Assembly: GCA_963847705.1 (NCBI GenBank)
Contig: CAWKBC010000008.1
Coordinates: 32,001 to 96,000, forward strand
Length of the DNA stretch: 64,000 bases
From: an uncultured Pseudomonadota bacterium
GTDB lineage: Bacteria > Myxococcota_A > Polyangia > Fen-1088
Direction of reading: 5' to 3'
Below are positions 38,444-47,897 of the stretch, one piece after another (position 1 is the first letter of the stretch; every line of letters starts with the position of its first letter). The notes beneath the pieces are model-generated. The model was not told the origin of the DNA. It was given only the letters and a program-made list of their open reading frames with translations, and did no database searches. The translations under genes and the position numbers were made by a program.

Positions 38444-39445
38444 ATGACCACGCGGACTTGCAGACGGACCTGGCTCGCCACCCTGATTGGAATCGGCGCT
38501 CTGTTGCTGGCGGCCGACTCATGCGCAGCGTCACCGCTCCCCGGCGGCCAGCCGCTGCGGGACCGGGCTGCCGGCTACGAGATGACGGTGCTCGTCGACG
38601 GCGTCCCGGCGGCGACCTACGAGTACGGCGGCGGGACCTACGTGCTCGGCCAGCTCGGGGCGCGCTACACGCTCCGCGTCGCCAACCACTCCGGCCGCCG
38701 CGTCGAGGCGGTCGTCTCGGTCGACGGGCGCGACGCCATCGACGGCCGGCCGGCCGACTTCCGCGGCAAGCGCGGCTACCTGATCCCCGCCTGGGGCTCG
38801 GTCGAGATCGACGGGTGGCGGATTCCGCACAGCGAGGCGGCGGCGTTCCGCTTCTCCTCGGTCCCCGAATCGTACGCCGCGCGCACGGGCAACGCGCGCG
38901 AGGTGGGCGTCATCGGCGTCGCGGTCTTCCCCGAGCGGTACGTTCCGCCGGCGCCGCCCGTCTACTCTCCGCGCCGGCCGGACGAGCTTCCCTATTCGTC
39001 GCGCTCGCGCGAGGAGAGCTCGCGCGGCGGCGGTTTCTCCGACGACAAGGCCGCTCCACCGCCGGCCTCCCCGCAGGCATCGGCCGAGTCCAAGCGAGCC
39101 GGTGGGCTCGGACGGAGCGCCAGCGGAGCGCCGATGGACGCCGAGGCGCAGGCTGTGCCCGCCAAGAGGTCGCGGCCGGGCCTCGGCACCGAATACGGCG
39201 AGGCGGTGAGCTCGCCCATCTATGAGGTCGAGTTCGTCCGCGCCAACGCCGGCCGTCCGGCCGCATTCCTGGGTGCGCACTACAACGATCACGACGGCCT
39301 CCTGGCCATGGGGATCCCCGTCGATGGGCCGGAGACCTGCGAGGATGACGCCGATCTGCGCAACAGGGCCGACCCCTTTCCCGCCAGCGACGGCCGTTAC
39401 GCGGCGCCTCCGCCCGGATGGCGCCGCTCTTGCGGCTGGCGCTAG
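38444..39445 (+). CDS. Conserved secreted hypothetical protein, first gene of an ECF operon
   Basis: RBS aggagg and a signal peptide; G.RYTLRV.N.SGRRVEAVVSVDG.D.IDG, RGYL, IDGWR, F.FS...SYA, VGVIG.AVF.E, LGT.YGE. Confidence 0.75.
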   Translation: MTTRTCRRTWLATLIGIGALLLAADSCAASPLPGGQPLRDRAAGYEMTVLVDGVPAATYEYGGGTYVLGQLGARYTLRVANHSGRRVEAVVSVDGRDAIDGRPADFRGKRGYLIPAWGSVEIDGWRIPHSEAAAFRFSSVPESYAARTGNAREVGVIGVAVFPERYVPPAPPVYSPRRPDELPYSSRSREESSRGGGFSDDKAAPPPASPQASAESKRAGGLGRSASGAPMDAEAQAVPAKRSRPGLGTEYGEAVSSPIYEVEFVRANAGRPAAFLGAHYNDHDGLLAMGIPVDGPETCEDDADLRNRADPFPASDGRYAAPPPGWRRSCGWR

Positions 39446-39467
39446 GGACGGCGAGGATGCCGTCTCG

Positions 39468-40106
39468 GTGGACGGCGACTCCTCGGACGAACAGCTGCTG
39501 GCGGCTTACCGAGGTGGTGACGTGCGAGCCTTCGAACGACTCCTGGCCCGCTACGAAAAACCGATCTGGAGCTTCCTCCGCCGCTTCGTGCGCGACGCCG
39601 AAGCGGCGGAGGATCTGTTGCAGGAGGTGTTCTTGCGCGTGGTGCGCGACGCGCAGGCGTCGGGGCCGGCCTGGAAGGGCCAGGCGAAGTTCTCGACCTG
39701 GCTCTACACCATCGCGCGCAACCTCTGCATCGACCGCGCGCGCCGCACCGCGGTTCGGGGTTCCGCGTCGCCGTCGATCGACGGTCTGACCGAGGGCGAC
39801 GCGGAGGCGATGACCCTGCACGAGCGGATCGCCGCGCCCGGTCCTTCGACCGACGCGGTGGTGGCGGGACGAGAGGCGGCGCGCCGGATCGATCGCGCGG
39901 TCGCCGAGCTGCCCGACGACCAGCGGGAGGTCTTCCTGATGCGCGAGGTGATGGAGATGCCGTTCGCCGAGATCGCGGCCGTGGTGGGCGTCTCCGAGCC
40001 GACGGTCAAGAGCCGGATGCGCTACGCGCTCGAGAAGCTGCGGGCAGCGCTGGGCGACCTCGGCGACACCAGCTCGGGCGCAACCGAATCAACGGGGTCA
40101 GGATAA
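39468..40106 (+). CDS. ECF RNA polymerase sigma-70 factor
   Basis: SDEQLL..GD..AFE.L..RY, AEDLLQEVFL, FSTWLYTIARN..ID, LP..QREVFL.R, EIA...TVKSRMRYA. Confidence 0.95.
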   Translation: MDGDSSDEQLLAAYRGGDVRAFERLLARYEKPIWSFLRRFVRDAEAAEDLLQEVFLRVVRDAQASGPAWKGQAKFSTWLYTIARNLCIDRARRTAVRGSASPSIDGLTEGDAEAMTLHERIAAPGPSTDAVVAGREAARRIDRAVAELPDDQREVFLMREVMEMPFAEIAAVVGVSEPTVKSRMRYALEKLRAALGDLGDTSSGATESTGSG

Positions 40107-40131
40107 GGCAGGATGAGGATGGACGGCTCAG

Positions 40132-41436
40132 ATGGCGAGTAGCTGCCAAGACGTCTCCGCCCGGGTGATGGAGCTCCTCTACGGGGAGCTGTCGGGCGAC
40201 GACCGCGCCGCGCTCGAGGCGCACCTGGCGGGGTGCGCGAGCTGCGCCGCAGAGCTGGCGGCCTTCCAGAGCACGCGCGCCGTCGCCCGACGCGCTCTCG
40301 AGGGCGACGAGCCGCCGGCCCGCGCACATCAGGCGATCCTGCGGGCGGCGGCGGCCGCCGTCGCGGCGAAGGAGGCGAAGCCGACCGGGGCACGCCTCGT
40401 CGCGCCGCAGCCCTCATTCTGGGAGCGCTGGCGCGCGCGCTGGACCCTGCCGACGTTCGCCACGATCGGCGCGGTTGCCGTCGTCGTGCTCGCCAGCAAG
40501 GTCTTCCTCGAGCCCGACAAGACCGTCGAGCTCGGCCGTCGGGCGCTCCAATCGGCGCCCGCGGAGGCGCCGGCCACCCCGCCCGTGCCGGGACCGCCGG
40601 CTGAACCGCAAGCGACGCCGAGAGAAGCGACGCAAAATGAGGACGAACAGGCGAAAGAGGGGCGACCGGCCCCGGCGGAAAAGAAGCGCCAGGACGAGGC
40701 GCCAGAACGGCTGCAACCTCCGGTCGCGAACAACGCGCCGGCCCGATCGATCGCGGCGGCCCCGGCGGCGCAGCGCCGGCGCGCCGCCCCCGACGGTTTC
40801 GGTGCGCTCGGTCTCACGAAGGGGGGCGGTGCCACGAGCGCGGGACGAGCCAAGGCTCCAGCTGCAGGCGGGGTCTCCTTCGAAGATGACCTGGCGGCTC
40901 CGCCACCCGCCGGGTTGAAACCGACCAAGCGCGAGTTCGCACCGCCGCCCCCGCCGCTCGTCGAGCCCGCGCGCCCGTCCACGTCGGCCGCGAACCAGAT
41001 GAGAGAGCGCGACACGGAGGCCCAAGCGCTCGAAGAGACCGATGCCCCTCCCCCCAATCCTCCTCGGGGGGCCCTGGGCCACGTCGCCGCCAGCGCCGGC
41101 GCGGCGCCCCCGGCGGTGCACGCCAAGGCGGAGGCCAGCGCCAAGACCGAGTCCAAGAAGGCGGAGATACCCTCGGACATGGACAGCCTCGAGGCCGACG
41201 CCAAGTCCGAGACCGGAGCGGAATCCAGGCCGGTCGCCGAGTCGCCGGTGGCGCGCGCCAATCGTCTGTTCGCGCAGGGACAGTGGGGGGCGGCCGCCCG
41301 CGCCTACCGCGAGCTTCTGCGCCGCGATCCCCACAACCGCGACGCCGCCCGCTGGCGCCAGCGTCTCGCCGCCTCCGAGGAGGCGGCCTCCGCCCAGGCA
41401 CCCGCCGTGGCCTCTCCGCCCCCGCCGCGGCGCTGA
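40132..41436 (+). CDS. zf-HC2 zinc-binding anti-sigma factor with TM and C-terminal TPR-like helix pair
   Basis: LYGELS..HLAGCASC (HxxxCxxC), TM (FATIGAVAVVVLA), Pro/Ala linker, ANRLFAQGQW..AARAYRELLRRDP. Confidence 0.88.
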   Translation: MASSCQDVSARVMELLYGELSGDDRAALEAHLAGCASCAAELAAFQSTRAVARRALEGDEPPARAHQAILRAAAAAVAAKEAKPTGARLVAPQPSFWERWRARWTLPTFATIGAVAVVVLASKVFLEPDKTVELGRRALQSAPAEAPATPPVPGPPAEPQATPREATQNEDEQAKEGRPAPAEKKRQDEAPERLQPPVANNAPARSIAAAPAAQRRRAAPDGFGALGLTKGGGATSAGRAKAPAAGGVSFEDDLAAPPPAGLKPTKREFAPPPPPLVEPARPSTSAANQMRERDTEAQALEETDAPPPNPPRGALGHVAASAGAAPPAVHAKAEASAKTESKKAEIPSDMDSLEADAKSETGAESRPVAESPVARANRLFAQGQWGAAARAYRELLRRDPHNRDAARWRQRLAASEEAASAQAPAVASPPPPRR

Positions 41437-41442
41437 TCCGGA

Positions 41443-43516
41443 TCAGTCGTCCCGCAGATCGGTCTGAAACGGCGAGACCGTCTCCGGGTCCGCCAGCCAC
41501 AGAAAGACCGCGCGCGCGCGCAAGTATTCCTCGGCGGCGGCGCGCGCGAGGTGCAGCGGCAGCGCGTCGAGATCGATCCCCTGCCACGCGAACCCGGGGA
41601 CGCCGTTGGCCCGGGCCAGCAAGCCGCCGGTCTTGAGCCGATCCTGCGCACGCCAGCAGCGGGTGACGATCGTCTTCATCGCGACTGCGAAGAGAGGCGG
41701 CTCGGCCAGCACCCCGGGGAGCGCCACCCGATCGAGCCCCACCGACCAGCAGAGCCAGGAGAGCGCCCCCCAATCGGCCTGCGCCTCGTTCAGGAGCGCC
41801 GGCACGCCGAGCCCGTCGGTCGTGAGCTCCTCGATGATTTCGACCTCGGTCATCTCGGCCGTCTCGCCCTGGCCGAGATCGCCTGCGCCGCGCTCGACGG
41901 AGACCTTCTCGCGCCGCAACGCAACCGGCCCGCCGGGGAGCAGCGCGGAGAAGATCCGGCGGCAACCAGACCGGCGTCGCGCCGGCGCCAATCAACGCCT
42001 GGATGGCCCCGCGCGCGCGTCCGATCCGGGTGGCGTAGACGCCGATCGCCGCGCACACCTCGCCGAGCTCGCGCACGAGGCCGGCGCCCAGCTCGGCGAG
42101 CGAGGGATCGACCAGGAGCTGCTCCCGCGCGGGCCAGCTGTCGAACGGGCGCAAGACCGCCTGGAGCTGTCCGACCAGCAGGGCCGCAGCGTTGGGCGAT
42201 TCGGCGGCGACGAGCCCGAGATCGGCGCGCGCCCCCTCTTCATCGCCCCGCTGGAGCCGGACGAGCGCCCGGGTGAGATGGGTGGCGCGCCGCTCGGGTG
42301 CCAGGAGGAGCGACGCCGCCACGAAGTCCGCCGCGGCGGCGCTCACCCCCGGCAGGAGGGCCGCCAGCGCGCGGAACGCCGACGCCGCGTCGGCGCCACC
42401 CACGAGCGCGTCGAGGATCGTCCAGACCTTCATCTCGACCGACTGTTCGAGCGCTTCCCCGCGATGCGCGGCGACGGCCGGCGCCAGCGCCACCACCGCG
42501 GCGGCGATCGTACGCTCGAGCGCGGCGCGATCCCCATCGCGCGCCGCCGCGCGGGCCGCCGCGCAGAGCCCTTCGCGCACGCGCCCCTCCGCACGAAGGG
42601 TGCGGGCCAGCGCCCACCAGTCCTCTGCCGTTCCTTGCCCCGTCCTGTACGTCCCCCGGCCGCCGTCCGCCGCGAACGCCGGAGAGCCCGCCTCGGCTCC
42701 CTCGGCGAAGGGCGAGCCACGCTCCACCGTCCTCAGCTCGACGCCCGCCGCGTCCAGGAACGACCAGAGCCCCACCGCCTGTCCGTGGTCGAAGGTGCCG
42801 CGCTCCTCGCGGATGTGGGGGTCGGCGTACGGGCTCTCGGTCTCGGCGGCAAAGCGCCGCACGAACGCGCCGTGACGGGCCCCGGCGGGGGAAAACGCGC
42901 ATGCTTCCGCGAGCCGCCCGGCGGCGTCGAAGGTCCGCGCGGCGCGCTGCCGCCCGTTCGCATACTCGATCTCCGAGGTGAGCACGCCGGCATCGGTCCA
43001 GAACCGGTGCAGCTCGGGGCGCCGGCGGGCCCACTGGCTGCCCGCCTCGTCGTACTCGGCGTCGTCGGGGACGCCGGACGGGCGCGGCGGCCAGGGACGC
43101 CCGTCCGAGAGAATCGGCCGACCGTCCGTGCCATAGAAGATCTCCTGGACGATGTCTCCCTTCTCGTAGAGAAGGTCGAGGCGGACGGCGCCCGGCGGCA
43201 CGCAACACGACCGCAACGGCTCGGCCCCGATGCCGACCCCGGGAAACGCCGAGACGATCCCCTCCGCGCATCCGGCGTTGAAGATCCCCTGCCGCGAGAC
43301 GCTCCCGTCGGGATGGAACATCGCGAACGGCCCCTCGCGCACGCCCGCCACGAACCCGCAACGCGACTGCAAGGTTCCGTCGCGCCGGTAGAGCAGACAT
43401 TCCCCCTCGCGCACGCCTTGCGCGCTCAGCCGGGAGACTTCCCAGCCGCCGATCTCGGGGTTCCAGAAGCCTCCCTCCGGAACCCCCGCCGGCCTTTCGG
43501 GTGCGGTCGCTGCCAC
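41443..43516 (-). pseudogene. MORN-variant/YwqK-like repeat protein with helical C-terminus; one frameshift near 41950 (real or sequencing error)
   Basis: Repeats GVREGECLLYRRDGTL..GVREGPFAMFHPDG..G.AVGLWSFLD. ORF 40814..43591 and ORF 41443..41991 join if one T is removed from GATCTTCTCC, giving WLPPDLSALLPGGPVAL. Confidence 0.65.
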
Positions 43517-43639
43517 GGGCGAACCGACAGGATACCGCGCCTGGCGGGCCGTGGCGGTCGTTCTTGCGAGGCGGGCCGTGCCGTAAGGCAACGGTGAGCG
43601 AACCGGACTATTCCCGACGACGTGCCGCCCGAAGGCGGC

Positions 43640-45268
43640 CTAGTGGCCGCTGCTCATCCGGGTGAACGCCCAGAAGAGCGTCCCCGAGAGCAGGATCGAA
43701 ACCGGCAGCGTGAGCACCCACGCCATCAGCAGGTTGCGAACCGTCCCCCACTGCAGACCGGTCTTGTTCGCGGCCATCGTGCCGGCGACACCGGACGAGA
43801 GCACGTGGGTGGTGCTCACGGGGAGGCCGAAGGCGTCCGCGGCCCCGATGGTCACCATGGCGGTGAGCTCGGCGGCGGCGCCCTGCGCGTAGGTGAGGTG
43901 ATCCTTGCCGATCTTCTCACCGACGGTGACGACGATCCGCTTCCAGCCGATCATCGTCCCCAGACCGAGCGCGATGGCGACCGCCACCTTGACCCAGGTC
44001 GGGATGAACTTGGTCGCCTTGTCGATGTGCTTCTTGTAGTTCTTCAGCACGTCCGCATCGGCCGGTGCGATGGCCGGCAGGTGCGACTTGTCCATCATCC
44101 GCAGCGCCTCGCCGATGAGGTACATGTCGTTGCGGAAGTTGCGCGTCTTGGTCGCGGGGACGTTGCGCAGCTCCTTGTAGATCGACATGTCGCTGCCGAC
44201 CGCGGTGACCAGCTGCTTCAGCCCGGGGAGCGTCGTCGGCGCGAGCGCGCGGGTGCGGATGTAAGTGGTGACCTCTTCGCGCCCGTCGCCGGCGACGGTG
44301 ACGCTCGAATCCGCGTAGTGTCCGATCGTACCGGCCGCCATGGCGGAGACGGCGATGAAGTCCTGCGACTCCTTGGCCGAGACGGCGTGGTTGAGCGCGT
44401 AGGCCGTGGGGACGGTGCCGATCAGGATGAGCATGATGAGCCCCATCCCCTTCTGCCCGTCGTTCGATCCGTGCGCGAAGCTGACACCCGTGCAGGTGAG
44501 GAGCAGCAGGCCCCGGATCCAGAACGGCGGCGGCGCTTCACCCACCGGCGCTGCGTAGAGCTCCTTGTTCTTGATGACCTTGCGCATGGTGAGCAACAGG
44601 CCCCCGGCGCAGACGAAGCCGACCAGCGGCGAGATCAGCAGGGACTTGCCGATGTTCGAGGCCTGGTGCCAGTCGACGCCGCTCGTCGCGGTGTGGACCG
44701 CCATGAACTGGTTGGCGAGGCCGACGCCGATGACCGAGCCGATCAACGTGTGCGAGCTCGACGACGGCAGGCCGAAGTACCAGGTCCCGAGGTTCCAGAT
44801 GATCGCCGCAGTCAGGAGGGCGAACACCATCGCGAACCCCGTGCCGCCGCCCACTTGCAGGATGAGCTCGACCGGGAGCAGCGAGATGATCCCGAACGCC
44901 ACGGTGCCGGTCGAGACGAGGACGCCGATGAAGTTCCACATCCCCGACCAGACCACCGCGATCTGCGGGGCCAGCGTGTGCGTGTAGATGACGGTGGCGA
45001 CGGCGTTGGCCGTGTCGTGAAACCCGTTCACGAACTCGAAGCCCAGCGCCACCAGGAGCGCGATCCCCAGCAGGATGAAGGGCATCGCCGAGGTGGGGTG
45101 CACGTCCGCGAGGTCGGAGAGGAGCTGCGAGCCCGCGTAGCCGATCCCGACGGTGAGCGCGATCCCGAAGATCGCCATCCCGAGCTTGCCAGGGCCACCC
45201 GCCAGCTTGGCGTGGATGGCGGAAGCGTGAGGTTTCGGCTGTTCCAGTGCGGCGGCGTCTGTGGTCAT
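43640..45268 (-). CDS. pitA: Inorganic phosphate transporter, PiT family
   Basis: FEFVNGFHDTANAVATVIYT, GLPSSSSH, SFAHGSNDGQKGMG, GTMIGWKRIV.TVGEKIG, PVSTTH. Confidence 0.95.
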   Translation of the reverse strand: MTTDAAALEQPKPHASAIHAKLAGGPGKLGMAIFGIALTVGIGYAGSQLLSDLADVHPTSAMPFILLGIALLVALGFEFVNGFHDTANAVATVIYTHTLAPQIAVVWSGMWNFIGVLVSTGTVAFGIISLLPVELILQVGGGTGFAMVFALLTAAIIWNLGTWYFGLPSSSSHTLIGSVIGVGLANQFMAVHTATSGVDWHQASNIGKSLLISPLVGFVCAGGLLLTMRKVIKNKELYAAPVGEAPPPFWIRGLLLLTCTGVSFAHGSNDGQKGMGLIMLILIGTVPTAYALNHAVSAKESQDFIAVSAMAAGTIGHYADSSVTVAGDGREEVTTYIRTRALAPTTLPGLKQLVTAVGSDMSIYKELRNVPATKTRNFRNDMYLIGEALRMMDKSHLPAIAPADADVLKNYKKHIDKATKFIPTWVKVAVAIALGLGTMIGWKRIVVTVGEKIGKDHLTYAQGAAAELTAMVTIGAADAFGLPVSTTHVLSSGVAGTMAANKTGLQWGTVRNLLMAWVLTLPVSILLSGTLFWAFTRMSSGH

Positions 45269-45305
45269 AGGGCGCGCACAATACCCATCCGACCGTGCCG
45301 TGCCT

Positions 45306-45332
45306 GCGACTCTCCGGTGACGATTTCGCAAC
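45306..45332 (-). promoter_or_regulatory. Pho-box-like 11-bp-spaced direct repeats upstream of pit
   Basis: Minus strand GTTGC-N6-GTCAC-N6-GTCGC, upstream of a TATTGT -10-like box. Confidence 0.45.
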
Positions 45333-45463
45333 GGCGCGGTTCGCCCTGGGGCGGCTCAGATTTCTGAGTCGAGGACGCGCCGGAACAGCAGCCTGGACGG
45401 CAGAAAGCGGCGAAATTACTATGGTTCGGAATGACCTCCGGTTGCGCAGACTGGCTTCGAGGT

Positions 45464-45478
45464 TGGCGCAGCAATTGC
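45464..45478 (+). promoter_or_regulatory. Putative sigma54 promoter for the rSAM operon
   Basis: TGGCGCAGCAATTGC: GG-N10-GC with canonical TGGC and TTGC. Confidence 0.65.
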
Positions 45479-45494
45479 TCCAAGCTGACGGACG

Positions 45495-46748
45495 ATGCCT
45501 CCGGTGATTGACGGGCGTCACAGCTCGCTGCCAGTCCTGCCCCGCGCGCCCCGCGCCCTGCCGGCGCAGCGCCACCTCCCGCTGGCAGCCGAGGCGCGCG
45601 ACATCGACCGCGCCTGGCGACCGATCTACGCGGTCTGGGAGCTCACGCTCAAGTGCGACCTCGCCTGCGGACACTGCGGCTCGCGCGCCGGACGCACGCG
45701 CCCGGACGAGCTGGACACCGCCGCCTGTCTCGATCTGGTCGCGCAGATGGCCGCGCTCGGCGTCCTCGAGGTGACCGTGATCGGCGGCGAGGCCTATCTG
45801 CACGCCGACTGGTTGACGATCGTGCGCGCCATCCGCGACGCTGGCATGCACTGTTCAATGACGACCGGCGGACGCGGCGTCACCCCGGAGCTGGCGCGCG
45901 CCGGCGCCGAAGCGGGACTGCGGAACGCCAGCGTCTCGATCGACGGCAACGAGGCGACGCACGATCGGCTGCGCGGCGTGACCGGGGCGTACCGCGCGGC
46001 GCTGGCCGCCGCCGGTCACCTGAAGGCGGCCGGGGTCATCCTCTCGGTCAACACCCAGATCAACCGGCTGTCGATGCGCGAGCTCCCCGACGTGCTGGAG
46101 ACGATCATCGCCCTGGGGGCCCGCGCCTGGCAGATCCAGCTCACCGTCGCGATGGGGCGCGCGGGGGACGCGCCCGACCTGCTGCTGCAGCCCGAGGATC
46201 TGCTGGAGCTCTTCCCGCTGCTGGCGACGCTGAAGGCGCGCTGCGACCAGGCGGGGGTGGCGCTCTGGCCGGGGAACAACATCGGCTACTTCGGCCCCTA
46301 CGAATCGGTCCTGCGGGGCGGCCTGCAGCGCGGGCACATGGCCTCGTGCGGGGCTGGATGCACCACGCTCGGCATCGAGGCCAACGGCGCCATCAAGGGC
46401 TGCCCCTCCCTGCACAGCGTCCCCTGGACGGGCGGCAACGTCCGCGACGCCAGCCTGCAGGACATCTGGGAGCGATCGGCGCCGCTCCGCTACATGCGCG
46501 ACCGCACCGCCGACGATCTGTGGGGCTACTGCCGCACCTGCTACTACGCGGACGTCTGCCGCGCGGGCTGCACCTGGACGGGTTTCAGTCTGTTCGGCAA
46601 GCCGGGCAACAATCCTCTCTGTCACCACCGCGCGCTGGAGATGCGGCGGCAGGGAAAGCGCGAGCGCCTGGTCCAGGTCGAAGCGCCGCCCGGCGCCCCG
46701 TTCGATCACGGCAAGTTCGAGATCATCGTCGAGGAGATCACCCCATGA
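45495..46748 (+). CDS. Radical SAM/SPASM peptide/protein maturase (splicease-like)
   Basis: VWELTLKCDLACGHCGSRAG (CxxxCxxC), IGGE, SVSIDG..HD.LRG, WQIQLT..MGRA; SPASM CGAG..LGIEANGAIKGCPSL..C..C.Y..C..GC..C. Confidence 0.93.
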   Translation: MPPVIDGRHSSLPVLPRAPRALPAQRHLPLAAEARDIDRAWRPIYAVWELTLKCDLACGHCGSRAGRTRPDELDTAACLDLVAQMAALGVLEVTVIGGEAYLHADWLTIVRAIRDAGMHCSMTTGGRGVTPELARAGAEAGLRNASVSIDGNEATHDRLRGVTGAYRAALAAAGHLKAAGVILSVNTQINRLSMRELPDVLETIIALGARAWQIQLTVAMGRAGDAPDLLLQPEDLLELFPLLATLKARCDQAGVALWPGNNIGYFGPYESVLRGGLQRGHMASCGAGCTTLGIEANGAIKGCPSLHSVPWTGGNVRDASLQDIWERSAPLRYMRDRTADDLWGYCRTCYYADVCRAGCTWTGFSLFGKPGNNPLCHHRALEMRRQGKRERLVQVEAPPGAPFDHGKFEIIVEEITP

Positions 46749-47245
46749 GCCACCTGGCACCCTGCCCTGCCTGCAACCGCCACGTCGACGTGGACGAGAG
46801 CGCCTGTCCATTCTGCGCGGCCATGCTCGCGCCTTCGTTCCGCGCGACGCGCCCCCTCGGGCCGCCATCTCGCCGGCTGGGGCGGGCGGCCTTGATGACG
46901 GCGGGCGCTGCGCTGATGGGCGCCGCGGCGTGCAGCGCCAGCGACGCCATCGCTATCGAAACGAAGGACGCCACCCCGTCGTACGACGGCTCGCGCGTGG
47001 TGGCGGCGTATGGCGGGCCGGTCCTGCTCGGAACGGGCGGAACCAGCGGCGAAGGCGGCACTGGCGGCACCGGCAACATCGGCAGCATTGGATTGGGCGG
47101 CGCCGGTGGCGTCACCGACGCCGGCAGCCAGGGAGCGACCGACGCTGCGACCGACGCCGCCCACGCGCGCGACGCCAGCCAGGATCGGACGTTCATCGCC
47201 ATCTACGGCGCACCGTTCGCCGCTGACGAGGAGCCGAGCTCGTAG
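46745..47245 (+). CDS. Putative rSAM substrate: Zn-ribbon + internal lipobox + two XYG motifs
   Basis: ATGA overlap with the rSAM stop; CPAC-x10-CPFC; RRLGRAALMTAGAALMGAAAC; VAAYGGP and IAIYGAP in an otherwise low-complexity chain. Confidence 0.75.
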   Translation: MSHLAPCPACNRHVDVDESACPFCAAMLAPSFRATRPLGPPSRRLGRAALMTAGAALMGAAACSASDAIAIETKDATPSYDGSRVVAAYGGPVLLGTGGTSGEGGTGGTGNIGSIGLGGAGGVTDAGSQGATDAATDAAHARDASQDRTFIAIYGAPFAADEEPSS

Positions 47246-47249
47246 CGGC

Positions 47250-47897
47250 TCAGCGCTCGCGCAGCAGCCGCGCAACGGCGGCGGCCAGATCAGGGAGCAC
47301 AGCGTCGGCGGCGGCGAAGTTGCCCGAGGTGGTGAGGCCCGAGGGCACCACCCAGCAGCGGAGGCCGGCCGCCGTGGCCGCGCGCAGGCCCCGCTCGGAG
47401 TCCTCGATCACCAGGCAGCGCGCGGGCGCGACCCCCAGGCGCGCGACGGCGGTGAGATAGGGCTCGGGGTGCGGCTTGGACTCGACGTAGTCGTGTCGCG
47501 TGAGGGTCAGCTCGAAGTGTCGCAAAAGGCCGGTGCGGGCGTGCGTGCGTGCGAACGGCCCCGGCTCCGAGCTGGTGACGATGGCCAGCCTGAAGCGCGC
47601 CGCCAGCTTGGGCAGCAGCTCGGCGACGCCGGGGATGACGATCTCGGCCTCCTCGAGCAGCTCGAAGTAGTGGCGATCGCGCAGGGCTCGCAGCGCCTCG
47701 ATCTCCGCCGGCGAAGCCCCGCGCGCCTCGGCCAGATGCCAGACCCCCACCCCGTCCCGCAGCAAACAGTCGACGTAGGTCGGCAGGTCGAGCACCGCCC
47801 CCACGGTGGCCAGCGCCTCCCGGTTGGCCCGGAAGTAGAGCTCCTCGGTGTCGACGAGCACGCCGTCGTTGTCGAACAGGATCGCGTCGAACGTCAT
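47250..47897 (-). CDS. HAD-superfamily phosphatase (subfamily IA, beta-PGM/CbbY-like)
   Basis: FDNDGVLVDTE, IVTSS, SKPHPEPYL, LVIEDS.RG. Confidence 0.92.
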   Translation of the reverse strand: MTFDAILFDNDGVLVDTEELYFRANREALATVGAVLDLPTYVDCLLRDGVGVWHLAEARGASPAEIEALRALRDRHYFELLEEAEIVIPGVAELLPKLAARFRLAIVTSSEPGPFARTHARTGLLRHFELTLTRHDYVESKPHPEPYLTAVARLGVAPARCLVIEDSERGLRAATAAGLRCWVVPSGLTTSGNFAAADAVLPDLAAAVARLLRER

